Shown one piece after another: positions 9,505 to 19,953 of a stretch of DNA of 64,000 nt. The translations under genes and the position numbers were made by a program. The notes under the pieces are model-generated. The model had not been told where the DNA came from. It saw only the letters and a list, made by a program, of their open reading frames with translations, and ran no database searches. Origin of the DNA: Nitrospirota bacterium (GTDB lineage: Bacteria > Nitrospirota > UBA9217); assembly GCA_963737155.1 (NCBI GenBank), contig CAVTRN010000001.1, forward strand, positions 640,001-704,000. The letters are read 5' to 3'. Numbering within the stretch: the first letter of the stretch is position 1; each line of letters opens with the position of its first letter.

Positions 9505-10986
9505 ATGAAAAAGCTTCTTTTGATCGTATCAATAGTTCTTTGGGCAGCCTCAGCACATGCGGCGAATCTTTATGTCACTCCGTCAGGTACAGGCAGCAAG
9601 ACAGGCGCCAATTGGAGCAATGCCTTGGCGTGGCCTCCGTCATTTGTGAGGGGAAATGTCTACTATCTCTCGTCAGGCTCTTACGCGGGTATAGATTTTA
9701 ACACGCCAGATTCAGGAACTGCAACTATCTCAATTATCGGTGCAACCATTGCGAATAGTGGCACAGTTGCAGGATGGGCTAACAGCCTTTCGGTAAGCAA
9801 CGCAGACGGCGGCAGTCAGGCAACTTTTACATCGGCGATTGAATTTGACACCGATTACTGGGTATGGGATGGAACCGTCGGGCCTAATTGGGACATGAAC
9901 GGGGCCGATTATGGATTCGCATTCAGCAGCGGCGCGACAAACAATGTCACCCTCGGAACCAACGGCAACTCTTCCACTTGCGGGAACAACATAACGAGCA
10001 TTACCCTTAACCATTTTTATTCTGCGGCCATGACGGGCAGCCCAGGTTCTTCGTCGGTTGGGAAAGTATTTCTAGACTCTCAATCATACGGCGGGGTTAT
10101 GTCCAATCTCTATATTGGACATTATCTTATTAATTATTGGCAAGTGTTGATAATGACAAGAAATGGTTACTGCGGTGGGGGAGGGTATAACGCAACCCCT
10201 TGGGGTCCAATAACAATCGAGTATGGAGTTTTTGAAAATGGGTATAGCGACTCCTGCAATCATGGAGAAATGATTGACCCCAACAACGGGCCAATCTCTA
10301 ATATGACATTCAGATATAACTATGTTGTCGGAAATTCCACCGGTACTTCAAGCGGCTGTTCTACCGCAGGATCGACAATGGTAATGGGTGGCAACAATTC
10401 AGATTTAACCAATTCAGAAATTTATGGCAATGTGTTTAATAATACCTTACAAGGGGATGCAATTATCAGCGATACGGCAGGATCAAAAGCTGAAGATACC
10501 GGGGGGGGTTGCCTTATAAATGTACTTGTCTATAATAATGTTTTCGCTAACAGTTTCGTAGATGACTGTTCCGTTCTTCAGGCAAATAATAATGGTGGAT
10601 CGGGAGAGACTTCATCGGGAAATGTTGCCTATAACAATATGTTTTATAATATCACTTCCAGTTGTAGTGGTCCTGCTTACAGTATCAGCGGAAGCTTTAC
10701 GCATGATTATAACTGGTATGAGGGGCAAGGAAGCGGAGCCTCCGCAGAAACACATGGTCAGACAAGTTCTTCAAACCCGTTTGTTAACAACTCTACGACC
10801 GCGCCCTTTACCGGATTTGAGATTAACGCTGACACGAACGCTGGTAATACTCTAGCATCTCCTTATAATGTTGACCCTCTTGGAGCCACGCGCGGAGCAG
10901 ACGGTGTATGGGACAGGGGAGCTTTCCAGTATGTGACCAGCGGTACTGCTGTTCCAATGCCCCCAACCTTACAACTTATTAACTAA
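9505..10986 (+). CDS. Secreted Asn/Gly/Ser-rich protein, probable right-handed parallel beta-helix (pectin-lyase-like) with a choice-of-anchor-Q-like C-terminus
   Basis: RBS GGGAGG, signal peptide ending ASAHA, YVTPSGTG..GANWSNA N-terminal motif, repeated IYGNVF/VYNNVF/AYNNMF strands, terminal DPLGATR...WDRGAFQY. Confidence 0.75.
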   Translation: MKKLLLIVSIVLWAASAHAANLYVTPSGTGSKTGANWSNALAWPPSFVRGNVYYLSSGSYAGIDFNTPDSGTATISIIGATIANSGTVAGWANSLSVSNADGGSQATFTSAIEFDTDYWVWDGTVGPNWDMNGADYGFAFSSGATNNVTLGTNGNSSTCGNNITSITLNHFYSAAMTGSPGSSSVGKVFLDSQSYGGVMSNLYIGHYLINYWQVLIMTRNGYCGGGGYNATPWGPITIEYGVFENGYSDSCNHGEMIDPNNGPISNMTFRYNYVVGNSTGTSSGCSTAGSTMVMGGNNSDLTNSEIYGNVFNNTLQGDAIISDTAGSKAEDTGGGCLINVLVYNNVFANSFVDDCSVLQANNNGGSGETSSGNVAYNNMFYNITSSCSGPAYSISGSFTHDYNWYEGQGSGASAETHGQTSSSNPFVNNSTTAPFTGFEINADTNAGNTLASPYNVDPLGATRGADGVWDRGAFQYVTSGTAVPMPPTLQLIN

Positions 10987-11914
10987 CATTTGTATATCAT
11001 CGATTCTAATGCTAGTCATGATTAGTATAAAAAAGACTTATTTATGTAATAGTCCCAAACTCCGTTAGGGGCGTCTTGAAATCTATCCAGCTTACTGCGG
11101 TTGATACGACGCGATCTGAATGCCGATAAGTTCGTGGAATCAACATAAGGGATTATCACTCCGGGCAGAACCTTCTCGTCGTTTCATCAACCGAGATTGC
11201 CAGAAGTAGGTTAATCGCTACGTCGTAAGGCAGGAGTAGAAAGACCTAAGACTGAGGCAACCGGGTGCAGTCTATAAGAAATCTCCCCCTGACGTGTAAG
11301 CCACCTTGGTCTAATTTCTCTTTTGGGAAGAAAATTGGTCAGTACCATGTATATGCGTTTAGGTACGGGAAGTTTATGAACGGCATTGATAGCCGACTGA
11401 GGGAAGCCTTCAGACCTCTTTTTTTCGATGACCTGGGCAATAGGGAGTTAGGTTTTGGAAAATCGATGCAGCCAAGAGGTGTCAGCGTAGCTGTAAGGGT
11501 TACACCGGTAATGCCGGGAGTATCACGATGCGAGCAGGGGATCCGTTCCAAGTGAAAACAATCCGGAATCGTAATATAGTAACGATATCGTCCTAATAGG
11601 AACAAACGACACAGTGCACTCTTCAGAGGAGGTTACTGGGGTCATCGGATGCGGGCAAACTGCATGTCCGGTAACAACGGGGGCTTGGCTGTGGCGGCAT
11701 GGCCATTTTCTACCCACAGAGGGTTTACCCTTATAATGAGTAAATTGTCATTAGAAGCATAGGTGAAACTGGAACCGTGTTTTTAATGGGCATGTATGCA
11801 TTTCGTTTGAGAATGTTGCGAAAAGATATTTTCTAGCATCATGCTGGAGGTTCACAGCTATTTGAACTATTCGGCTAATTCGCATGGTTGCTTTTATATT
11901 GGATGACCCGTCCG

Positions 11915-12694
11915 CTACTTATCCTCCGGTAATGATCTTGGATCCTCAACCCGATAGATTGGCGCTGATTCTTTGTGCAGTAATCGCGCATAGAGTCTAC
12001 GAAGGCGCCTCATGTGAAGGTCTCCGTCAAATCGTGATATTCTAATACATGGAGTATATATAGGCAGGTATTTTTTCCATCGCTTTTTGACATGCCGATA
12101 ACATTCATAAAATTCTTTAGGCAAGCTCAATATTTGGTTCGTATTATGGATGCAAAAGGCAGGAATCACGTAAGACGTCATCTCGATTTCTTTCGCAGAC
12201 ATGCAGATATCGGTACCATACAAGTGGAAAGATGGTAGGGTTGGATCAAACTTCAGACCAGATGATTTTTTTATAACCAACACTATCTCGTCCAAGGCTT
12301 GAACCGGCTCGGGTTTGTTAATCTCGCGACCAATAGTCCCCCAGCCATTTGAATATACACGTCCAATTTCTTTTCCTCTCTCCCATCCTTCTCTTGTCCC
12401 GAAGCATCCCAGAACTCCCCAATTAATCTTTTCTCTTTCAAAATAGGATAGGGATAGTCTTAGACTCATAAACCATTGTTCCGGTAAATATATATCCTGA
12501 TGAACAAAAAGGATGATTTCGTTTTTCGCTTCTTCGATGGCTTCGTTATAGGCCAAAGATGCAGCATTGTAATTACGTTTGATTATAAGTTGATTTTTGC
12601 CCTCATTACTGAGACCAGGCGACAAACACAGGTTCTTATGAAGTACATCCATATCATTTACAGCGGCAACAATTGTAAATTGCTCCTGTTTCAT
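11915..12694 (-). CDS. Glycosyltransferase, GT2-like
   Basis: AYNEAIEEAKNEIILFVHQDIYLP, DEIVLV, FHLYGTDIC. Start set at ATG 12694 after GAGGA. Confidence 0.85.
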   Translation of the reverse strand: MKQEQFTIVAAVNDMDVLHKNLCLSPGLSNEGKNQLIIKRNYNAASLAYNEAIEEAKNEIILFVHQDIYLPEQWFMSLRLSLSYFEREKINWGVLGCFGTREGWERGKEIGRVYSNGWGTIGREINKPEPVQALDEIVLVIKKSSGLKFDPTLPSFHLYGTDICMSAKEIEMTSYVIPAFCIHNTNQILSLPKEFYECYRHVKKRWKKYLPIYTPCIRISRFDGDLHMRRLRRLYARLLHKESAPIYRVEDPRSLPEDK

Positions 12695-12974
12695 TAGTCC
12701 TCGCTCCAAGGGCTCCCTTGCTGTCAAATTTTTAAAACTTGGCTACAAGGGTAAAATGCCTGCATTCTCAATGGGTTAATCTATAATAAGGTCTCAGAAG
12801 GATGAAGCTACATCTTGAGGCTACCTACACTGAATCCAGAATTGACGAACAGAAATATAACCTTCTCTCTCATCAACCTCAAGACAAAGGCAAGTAAAAC
12901 ACTCAGAGAATATCTTCGTCTCAAAAATCTGACATGCATGCTGCCTGACATCTGACCCAAAATAATGGTAAAAA

Positions 12975-13847
12975 TTACCCACTAGAATTGCACTTGATCC
13001 AAAAATATTTTAAATACATGCGCAAGGTCTTATAATAATATCCGGATCTGCGATATGACCCTGCAAGGCTGCGCATTTCTTGCAACAATCCTTTTTTTGC
13101 CCATTGGGCTAAAGTAGTGTCCTTGGACTTTAGGCGATCAGCTAATGAATATTTTATCGCGTTTATTCTATCCAGGTAAATTCTTTCTTTATCATTTACT
13201 CTGTCATTCCCGGGGCTGTAAACAGCCAAAGCATCGGCTATATAAGCCACTCGATATCTCGATGCAAGTCTAAAATAAAGTTCTAGGTCTTCTGAAGTTC
13301 TAAATTCTTTGTCAAAGTAGCCCACATCCTGAATAACTGTCCGCTTAACCATGAATGTTGTTGTCAGGAATAAATGGCCTGTAGTCATCATTCGTCGATA
13401 TGCCTCCGTCAAAATGCCTGTTTTTATCGGCGGTAAGCCAAGTTCTCCTTTATTAACGTATTCGTTCCACGAAGTAATTTTTTTACCATGCAAATTAGAA
13501 AAAGAAAGATCATGGAAACACAAGTCTGCATTCAGATTAATGCAATGTGAAAGTTGAATTTCTAATTTATTGGGCAACCAAATATCGTCAGAATCGAGAA
13601 AGGCCAGCCATTCCCCGCTTGCGTGGTCAATGCCATTATTTCTTGCCAATGCTGGGCCAGCATTATCTTGATAAACATATTGAATACGGTGCATGTAGGG
13701 TTCCAACGTCTTTCTTGTCTCATCAGTAGAACCGTCATCGACAACAATAATTTCATAATCTTTGTAGGTTTGTGCAAAGACACTGTTAATAGCTCTTACG
13801 ATATAGCTGGCCCGATTATACGTGGGGATTATAACACTGACCTTCAT
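12975..13847 (-). CDS. Glycosyltransferase family 2
   Basis: VSVIIPTYNR, VVDDGSTD, ARNNGI, AFLDSDD, SEDLELYFRL. Confidence 0.95.
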   Translation of the reverse strand: MKVSVIIPTYNRASYIVRAINSVFAQTYKDYEIIVVDDGSTDETRKTLEPYMHRIQYVYQDNAGPALARNNGIDHASGEWLAFLDSDDIWLPNKLEIQLSHCINLNADLCFHDLSFSNLHGKKITSWNEYVNKGELGLPPIKTGILTEAYRRMMTTGHLFLTTTFMVKRTVIQDVGYFDKEFRTSEDLELYFRLASRYRVAYIADALAVYSPGNDRVNDKERIYLDRINAIKYSLADRLKSKDTTLAQWAKKGLLQEMRSLAGSYRRSGYYYKTLRMYLKYFWIKCNSSG

Positions 13848-14422
13848 AGATCTTCTCCAATTTCTTGTGACCGATCAAAATTGAAGCCAGCAGCGCAAAA
13901 CAAATACTGTGATTTCATCGCGATGAGCTTGAGATTTATCTGAAAGGGATACTTTTCTTCGTCTCATCTTTAATTTTTAGTATAGTTTTCAGGGCGCCAT
14001 CCAGGTGCCCGCAGAGAAGTCCATCCCTGCCCAAATCGATTTCTTTAAAATTTCGTGGTAATATGTTGCTTGACCCCTCGTAAGGCCGGGCCCGCTAGTG
14101 GGGTAATTTCTTAAGCCCATTACCGATTCAGAAGTCATGCAGCGACAGCACAACCCTTCTGCAATGATTCTCGTGCGATGGCAACTTGTGTTCGCTCCGA
14201 GACCTAACAACCGAATATCACCTCGACATTATCAGGGCACCCCAATCTGAGGCGGAGTGTCACTAAGTGATAACAGGCCTATCTAAAAATTTTCTTCTTG
14301 TGCAATACATTGCCTGGCAGCGTAAAATTTATCACATAGCATCTGACCGTCCTGCACTGTTGTTAATAGTACAACACCTGGCCCTTCATGGTTTATTTGT
14401 TCTCCATTTCTCCATGGATCAA

Positions 14423-15895
14423 TTAATCTATATTGCCATAAAGTGTGTTGCACTGTCGTAAAAACCTGTTCATCGACAAAATAATATCAAACAACCTCGC
14501 TTTATACCGACGTAAATCCATTACACGTCTCCTAACTTGGCTTTCAATTTTATTGTCTGCACGAAAATATTTCGCATGGTAGGGTTCAGTCGTCTTCATT
14601 GCTCGCAATTTTTTATCATGGACGAGGGCCGCAATCATAGCTATGATCATGTACCAGAATATAATAATTTGATCAAAGTAAGATACCGAGAAGAAAGACG
14701 CGACATGGCCAAATATTGCACAACCCATGGACCAAATCATTAATCGCTCAGGTAGGGTAAAGCGGGTCTCATTACGAACAGATTTGCCGGTAATCTTAAA
14801 GCACTCGACTATCAGCCAAATAAACAGACCCATTGAGAGAATGCCCCCGCTAACCCCTTGAGCGATAAATTGATTCGTCATATCAGCTGAACTAGATTCG
14901 AATGCAAGGCCCGTGGGCATCCAACTTGCTGTGTACCCTGTACCAAAAAGCCACCACTCATTAAAATGACGGACGGCTGCATCTATCAGGGCAGAGCGGT
15001 ACCACCCTCCACCTCCAACCACATCACTTAAGCGAGATATCACGAACCATACTGGCGCCTTCATAACGACTTGTAAAGCCAGCAGGAGTATCACTAATCC
15101 CCACCTGATTTTCTTCATGTGGGACCTGAAAATCCAGCAGAACAACCCGACTATACTTAGCATATAGGCGAGAAGCGGACCACTTGAAGCTGAGAAAGCA
15201 ACGATGGCTGTGGCTGCCAGAATGGCACCACCCACCAGTAGTCGGTTCCGGGCATTGTAGAGCCATAAGCCTACAAAAAGAGGTAATGCAGTTGCTCCAA
15301 AAGTTCCAGCAAGAATAGAATGCCTAAATGGTCCCTGACAACGAATCCGGCCGTCACGAATCTCCGATAATACGGGCACTCCACCCAAAGCGGAAAAAGG
15401 GTTTTTCCCGGTCATATGTTCCACTGCAAAAAGGACGGCAAGAGGGATAATAATAATACCAAGTATCTTAATATTATAAACTACGTCATCTAAATCCCGT
15501 ACCAACGCCCGAACGAAAATATAAATTCCGAGCGTATTGTAAGCTCCTCCAAGGCGCTCGGTGATTTCGATGTTGGTTCCGCCGAAAAGAGGGATGAGCA
15601 AAGAACTCACCATGACCCATGCTATTAAGACCTTATCAATGGAGTTTAATTTAATACTGAATATTTCCTTCTTGGCAAAGATCCTGATAAAGCCGAAGAA
15701 TATTAGGATTCTAATCAAGTAAAAGTGCAATCCGCCTATGATAAGGACCTGCCCAAGCGTCATGTAGCAACCGCCTACCAACAGGGGAGCTAAAGCGTAT
15801 CGGCGTGGTAAAACCAACAAAAGAAACCCTAGACATAACGTAAAAAAAAGGCTGGTTCCCGTTAGGGTACTTATTTCTGGCTCTATATGATACAT
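14423..15895 (-). CDS. O-antigen ligase / Wzy polymerase-like membrane protein
   Basis: About 11-12 hydrophobic segments, RCQGPFRHSILAG, SASSGP, WWLFGTG motifs. Sits among glycosyltransferases. Confidence 0.78.
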   Translation of the reverse strand: MYHIEPEISTLTGTSLFFTLCLGFLLLVLPRRYALAPLLVGGCYMTLGQVLIIGGLHFYLIRILIFFGFIRIFAKKEIFSIKLNSIDKVLIAWVMVSSLLIPLFGGTNIEITERLGGAYNTLGIYIFVRALVRDLDDVVYNIKILGIIIIPLAVLFAVEHMTGKNPFSALGGVPVLSEIRDGRIRCQGPFRHSILAGTFGATALPLFVGLWLYNARNRLLVGGAILAATAIVAFSASSGPLLAYMLSIVGLFCWIFRSHMKKIRWGLVILLLALQVVMKAPVWFVISRLSDVVGGGGWYRSALIDAAVRHFNEWWLFGTGYTASWMPTGLAFESSSADMTNQFIAQGVSGGILSMGLFIWLIVECFKITGKSVRNETRFTLPERLMIWSMGCAIFGHVASFFSVSYFDQIIIFWYMIIAMIAALVHDKKLRAMKTTEPYHAKYFRADNKIESQVRRRVMDLRRYKARLFDIILSMNRFLRQCNTLYGNID

Positions 15896-16368
15896 GTTTT
15901 CACTATTTTATTGTTTTATACATGTCTTTATGATTTATGCATATATCTTCTGGAACTTTTTTCGCTTTGTGCTCGCCAATGGAACCCGTAAGCAATTCAT
16001 TGAAGGCGCAGAGTAGAGAATGCCTATCACCAAGGCAATTATCATCGGACGAGCAGTTTTCGCGCATCCGTCAATCCCGTGCATAGCCCTAATTGGGGAA
16101 CTGGAGACATCGTTAATTGAAGCTGATCAGGGTATAGTACGCAGCAACAATAACTCATCCGCTTAAATTCTCCTCTGTCCGGCTTGTTCAACCCCAGCCA
16201 CTTGTAGGATAGCCAGCGTTTTTGAATATGCAAAAGCAGACGCTTCCTAATCCATGTATCTGATCAAACATTCCAGCCATTTTGTACTAGAACTCTAATG
16301 TAATCTGATCTCTACCCTGCTCAAGCAAAGCACACAAAATTGGGATATAATCGTCTAGGAAAAGTCCC

Positions 16369-17250
16369 CTACTGACGCGGTCTGCGAATACGTATTCCTA
16401 ATCTTCCTAGTTGTTCCCTTCGAAGGTAGTCCACAATCTCAGTCGAAACTTCAATGCGGTCACCCCTTAAGCCAGACCATGCAAATCCAATGAACTGAAA
16501 CAACGCTCGCAGGAAATAAGGTCTTTCCCGGAGCCTACGAATGCACTTCGCTAATTCAAATAAGGGATGGCTACCAACTGTGTAGTCCATCTTACCTTGT
16601 CTGATCGCATCTTTAAATATTCCGCGCTTTGATTCGCCAGGCTTGTGATGATATGCGACAATGTCAGGAAAGGCCGTAACTGCCCAGCCATTCTTACGTG
16701 CAAGGATCTCACACATCCAATCTTCGCCACCATGCGACAATGGCATGTGGCCACCAATTATCTCATAACATTCCCGACGAAATAATTGTATGGCACCCGC
16801 TACGGATTTTCTAGAATTTGACGGCCTGCTCCCGAAAAAATTTCCCTGGCGCTCATAAATGAACCCACCGGCTATGCCGAGCCTTGCATCTTCGTTAAAC
16901 CGGCGGAGGATCCGTTCGTAATAGTCACTTCCAAAGGTGATATCGGCATCTAGGATACCGACGAATCGATACGAGGTATCCTCTAACGATGCATACCCTT
17001 TGTGGATTGCGCGAACCTTTGAGGCAAAGCTAGGTGATGTGACTGGCTTTTCTATGCGGACGTGTTCGATAAATTGATGCTCTTTAGCGAAATGTTGGAT
17101 AATAGTGTCAGTATTGTCAGTAGATCCATCGCTAACGATTACCCACTTGCGCGGGATAACCGACTGAGCCAGCACTGTTTCGATGGTAGCGCCAATATAA
17201 TCTCCTTCGTTGTAAGCGGCTGTAATCAAAACGTATTCACTCTGTAACAT
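16369..17250 (-). CDS. Glycosyltransferase family 2
   Basis: LITAAYNE, IVSDGSTD, ILDADI, GGED. Confidence 0.93.
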   Translation of the reverse strand: MLQSEYVLITAAYNEGDYIGATIETVLAQSVIPRKWVIVSDGSTDNTDTIIQHFAKEHQFIEHVRIEKPVTSPSFASKVRAIHKGYASLEDTSYRFVGILDADITFGSDYYERILRRFNEDARLGIAGGFIYERQGNFFGSRPSNSRKSVAGAIQLFRRECYEIIGGHMPLSHGGEDWMCEILARKNGWAVTAFPDIVAYHHKPGESKRGIFKDAIRQGKMDYTVGSHPLFELAKCIRRLRERPYFLRALFQFIGFAWSGLRGDRIEVSTEIVDYLRREQLGRLGIRIRRPRQ

Positions 17251-17265
17251 AATACTTTCCTTCAG

Positions 17266-18303
17266 TTATGCGGGGCGTGATTCGTGGGTTAAATGGCGCA
17301 CCCACTTCTCGCGACCCAATGACCAGCGAAATATCTTAACCCATTTAGACAAAGATATCCTGAGCGCGTCACGTATGGATCTCCGTGGGATTGTTGCCAT
17401 AAGGCTAACCATTAGCATAACTCGGAAAAATGCTGCACAACCTATGGCTACACGATAGAGATTGCCATACAGTCTACCACGGAATTTAGTCAGAAAGAGA
17501 TACAGTGATTCACGCATGACAATAGCGGCAAAGTGATTGCGCTCCCGCTGTTTGCTACTACCGCCGCCGTGGTGAACGACCGATACGGCAGAGGTATAGT
17601 ATACTACGAAACCAAGGGTGCGAACTTTATAGCACAAATCTGTATCTTCTGCATACATGAAATAGTCATTACTGAAGAGACCTGCAGCTTCGAAAACATG
17701 GCGTTTGATCATCAAACACGCACCGGAAACGACTTCAACCGGTGTCGGGATCTCATTACGTTTAAAAAGTGGTAATGCCCCCCAACAAGCCATTGAAGGG
17801 AAACGCCGCCGCAACAAATCAGCATCAAGCACCTGGTTTAGTATCGTCGGAAACGCCTGAATACTACTCGTTTGAAGAGTGCCGTCAGTATTCAGAAGTT
17901 TACAACCAATAGCACCCGCATCGGGGATTTCCCATAATAGTCGATGCAAAGTGGAGAGGACTTGTCCTAACAATTCAGTATCGGGGTTTAGGAACAACAG
18001 CGTCTTCCCACTGCTTTGTCTATAGGCAAGATTATTAGCTCCTGCGAATCCTAAATTGATGGAGCTTTGAACGAATCTGACCTGTGGATATTGATCCAAA
18101 AGCATCGCATCGCATCCATCATAGGACGCGTTATCAACGACGATAACTTCTAACGAAGGAATGCCTACATCACGGTAGATAGTTTCGAGACATTTCCGCA
18201 CATAATGAGATGATTTCCAGTTGACAATAATAATTGAGATGTCCACAGGAATTGCAGTACACAGAACACTCAAGAGAGGAACCCCCAGTTTTTTTTGAAG
18301 CAA
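17266..18303 (-). CDS. Glycosyltransferase family 2 (WbbL/rhamnosyltransferase-like); true start probably near VDISIIIVNW
   Basis: SIIIVNW, VVDNASYD, NLGFAGANN, LFLNPDT, SGACLMI, FMYAEDTDLC, VVHHGGGS. Confidence 0.92.
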   Translation of the reverse strand: MLQKKLGVPLLSVLCTAIPVDISIIIVNWKSSHYVRKCLETIYRDVGIPSLEVIVVDNASYDGCDAMLLDQYPQVRFVQSSINLGFAGANNLAYRQSSGKTLLFLNPDTELLGQVLSTLHRLLWEIPDAGAIGCKLLNTDGTLQTSSIQAFPTILNQVLDADLLRRRFPSMACWGALPLFKRNEIPTPVEVVSGACLMIKRHVFEAAGLFSNDYFMYAEDTDLCYKVRTLGFVVYYTSAVSVVHHGGGSSKQRERNHFAAIVMRESLYLFLTKFRGRLYGNLYRVAIGCAAFFRVMLMVSLMATIPRRSIRDALRISLSKWVKIFRWSLGREKWVRHLTHESRPA

Positions 18304-18593
18304 CTTAGGCCGCGTATTGCAATGCGTAATGCGTCTCTAGCCTTGACCTTAACAAATACAACGACACAGCTATTAATCGAAAACAGCTTGCTTGATGGCA
18401 GGTAATTGAGGATAGACTCTTATCGCGGTCAAGATGAATGCACGGATCATTGGATGCTTAGAATTGATTTCTTTTATGTGGTCCATCCAGCGTATAAAAA
18501 CATTTAGGCACGATGCACGACTCTCCGCTCTCCGCCACCTGACAACATGATTCCTTCCATAAATGCCGAATTGACCCCAAGTAATTGCCCTTC

Positions 18594-19613
18594 TTACAAC
18601 CATGGATTATGCTTTTTCCTAAATAAGTTAAGCAATGAGACTGATGAACGATATCCATAATGGAGCACAATATTCTTTGCTCCATAATACCGAATCCATT
18701 CTCCCAACGTAAAATTAATTTTCTTATTCCGAACTTCATTTGCCAATTTCTCATTTCTTGTATGAAACGCGAGACGCAATGAATAATTGCACCATTTTGC
18801 TTCTTGCTCACTTCTAATGCTTGCGGGGAGATCGTATTTATTACACAGATAGAGGAAAAGCTCTGAGCATGAAATTGCAAATTGCAAATTTTTTATGATG
18901 TTTTTACTTCTGGCAGCTGATTCTTCCAGAATGTTATAAGTAGCCAGAGATTCAGGTATGTAGTGCAGTTGAGCCTTCGTTGCTATCTCCGCCCAAAGTT
19001 GAGTATCACCCATAAGAAAATGAGCGTTCTGGTGCAGGTAGGGGTCCGCTTCAATAATCTGCTCATAAAGAATCCGCCGGATCATAACAGTCAATGTTTG
19101 AGTTCCAGTCTTACTTTCCACAAAATCAGATACACTCGGATTTTCCGGTATCTTCCACTTTCTGTGTTTTATAAAATCCTCTATTCTTTTCTTTTCTTTG
19201 ACAATATACACATCATAACTGGAATACACCAATCCACATTCGGGGTGGCTCTCCATATAATCCACTTGTTTTTGCAGTTTGTAGGGGTGGTGCCAGTAAT
19301 CATCGCCTTCACAGAAGGCGATGTACTTTCCTTGGCAGGCCTTCACGGTGCGGAGACTATTCTTTTTCATTCCGACATTTTTGTCTGACGTGACCACTCG
19401 AATGATACCTGGGTACTTCTTTTGATATTCAAAAACAATGTCCCGTGTGCCGTCGGTAGAGCAGTCCTCTCCAATAACTAACTCGAACGTGTAGTTCGTT
19501 TTCTGCTGTAAGACGCCCTCGATAGCTTGGGCGATAAATGGCGCGTGGTTATAGGTTAGCATAGGAACGCTTACGAGAGGCTGTGACATTTCAAAAGACT
19601 CCCAACTGGACAT
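18594..19613 (-). CDS. Glycosyltransferase family 2
   Basis: TYNHAPFIAQAIEG, IGEDCSTDGT, GKYIAFCEGDDYW, KLQKQV. Confidence 0.93.
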   Translation of the reverse strand: MSSWESFEMSQPLVSVPMLTYNHAPFIAQAIEGVLQQKTNYTFELVIGEDCSTDGTRDIVFEYQKKYPGIIRVVTSDKNVGMKKNSLRTVKACQGKYIAFCEGDDYWHHPYKLQKQVDYMESHPECGLVYSSYDVYIVKEKKRIEDFIKHRKWKIPENPSVSDFVESKTGTQTLTVMIRRILYEQIIEADPYLHQNAHFLMGDTQLWAEIATKAQLHYIPESLATYNILEESAARSKNIIKNLQFAISCSELFLYLCNKYDLPASIRSEQEAKWCNYSLRLAFHTRNEKLANEVRNKKINFTLGEWIRYYGAKNIVLHYGYRSSVSLLNLFRKKHNPWL

Positions 19614-19953
19614 TTCCCACTGTTAATGAGGCTGACCGACTTCAATAAATAATCAACCACAAGGATCCTTGACGGAATCGGCACTGACTCCAATCGCAAT
19701 GCTCTTTGGTTCATGTCAAACCTAGCGAATGATCCTTCTGCAGCAAGCTGCAGAGCCTCTACGAAGAGGAAGACTATTATCATTTGAGCATCCTGCGGCT
19801 TCTCAAACTCTTCCCATATAAGGTTACCCTCAAGCAATCTATAGGGAATTCCACATTAAAATTTCTTTGATTTTTTGACATTATCGCGATGCCAATCGCT
19901 CTATTATACGTAGAATTTAGAAATAAATCTCTATATCGTGTAATGCATGAAGT

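Noticed and set aside
11265-11717. Short ORFs in the spacer between convergent genes
   Set aside because: No recognisable motifs or clear ribosome-binding sites.
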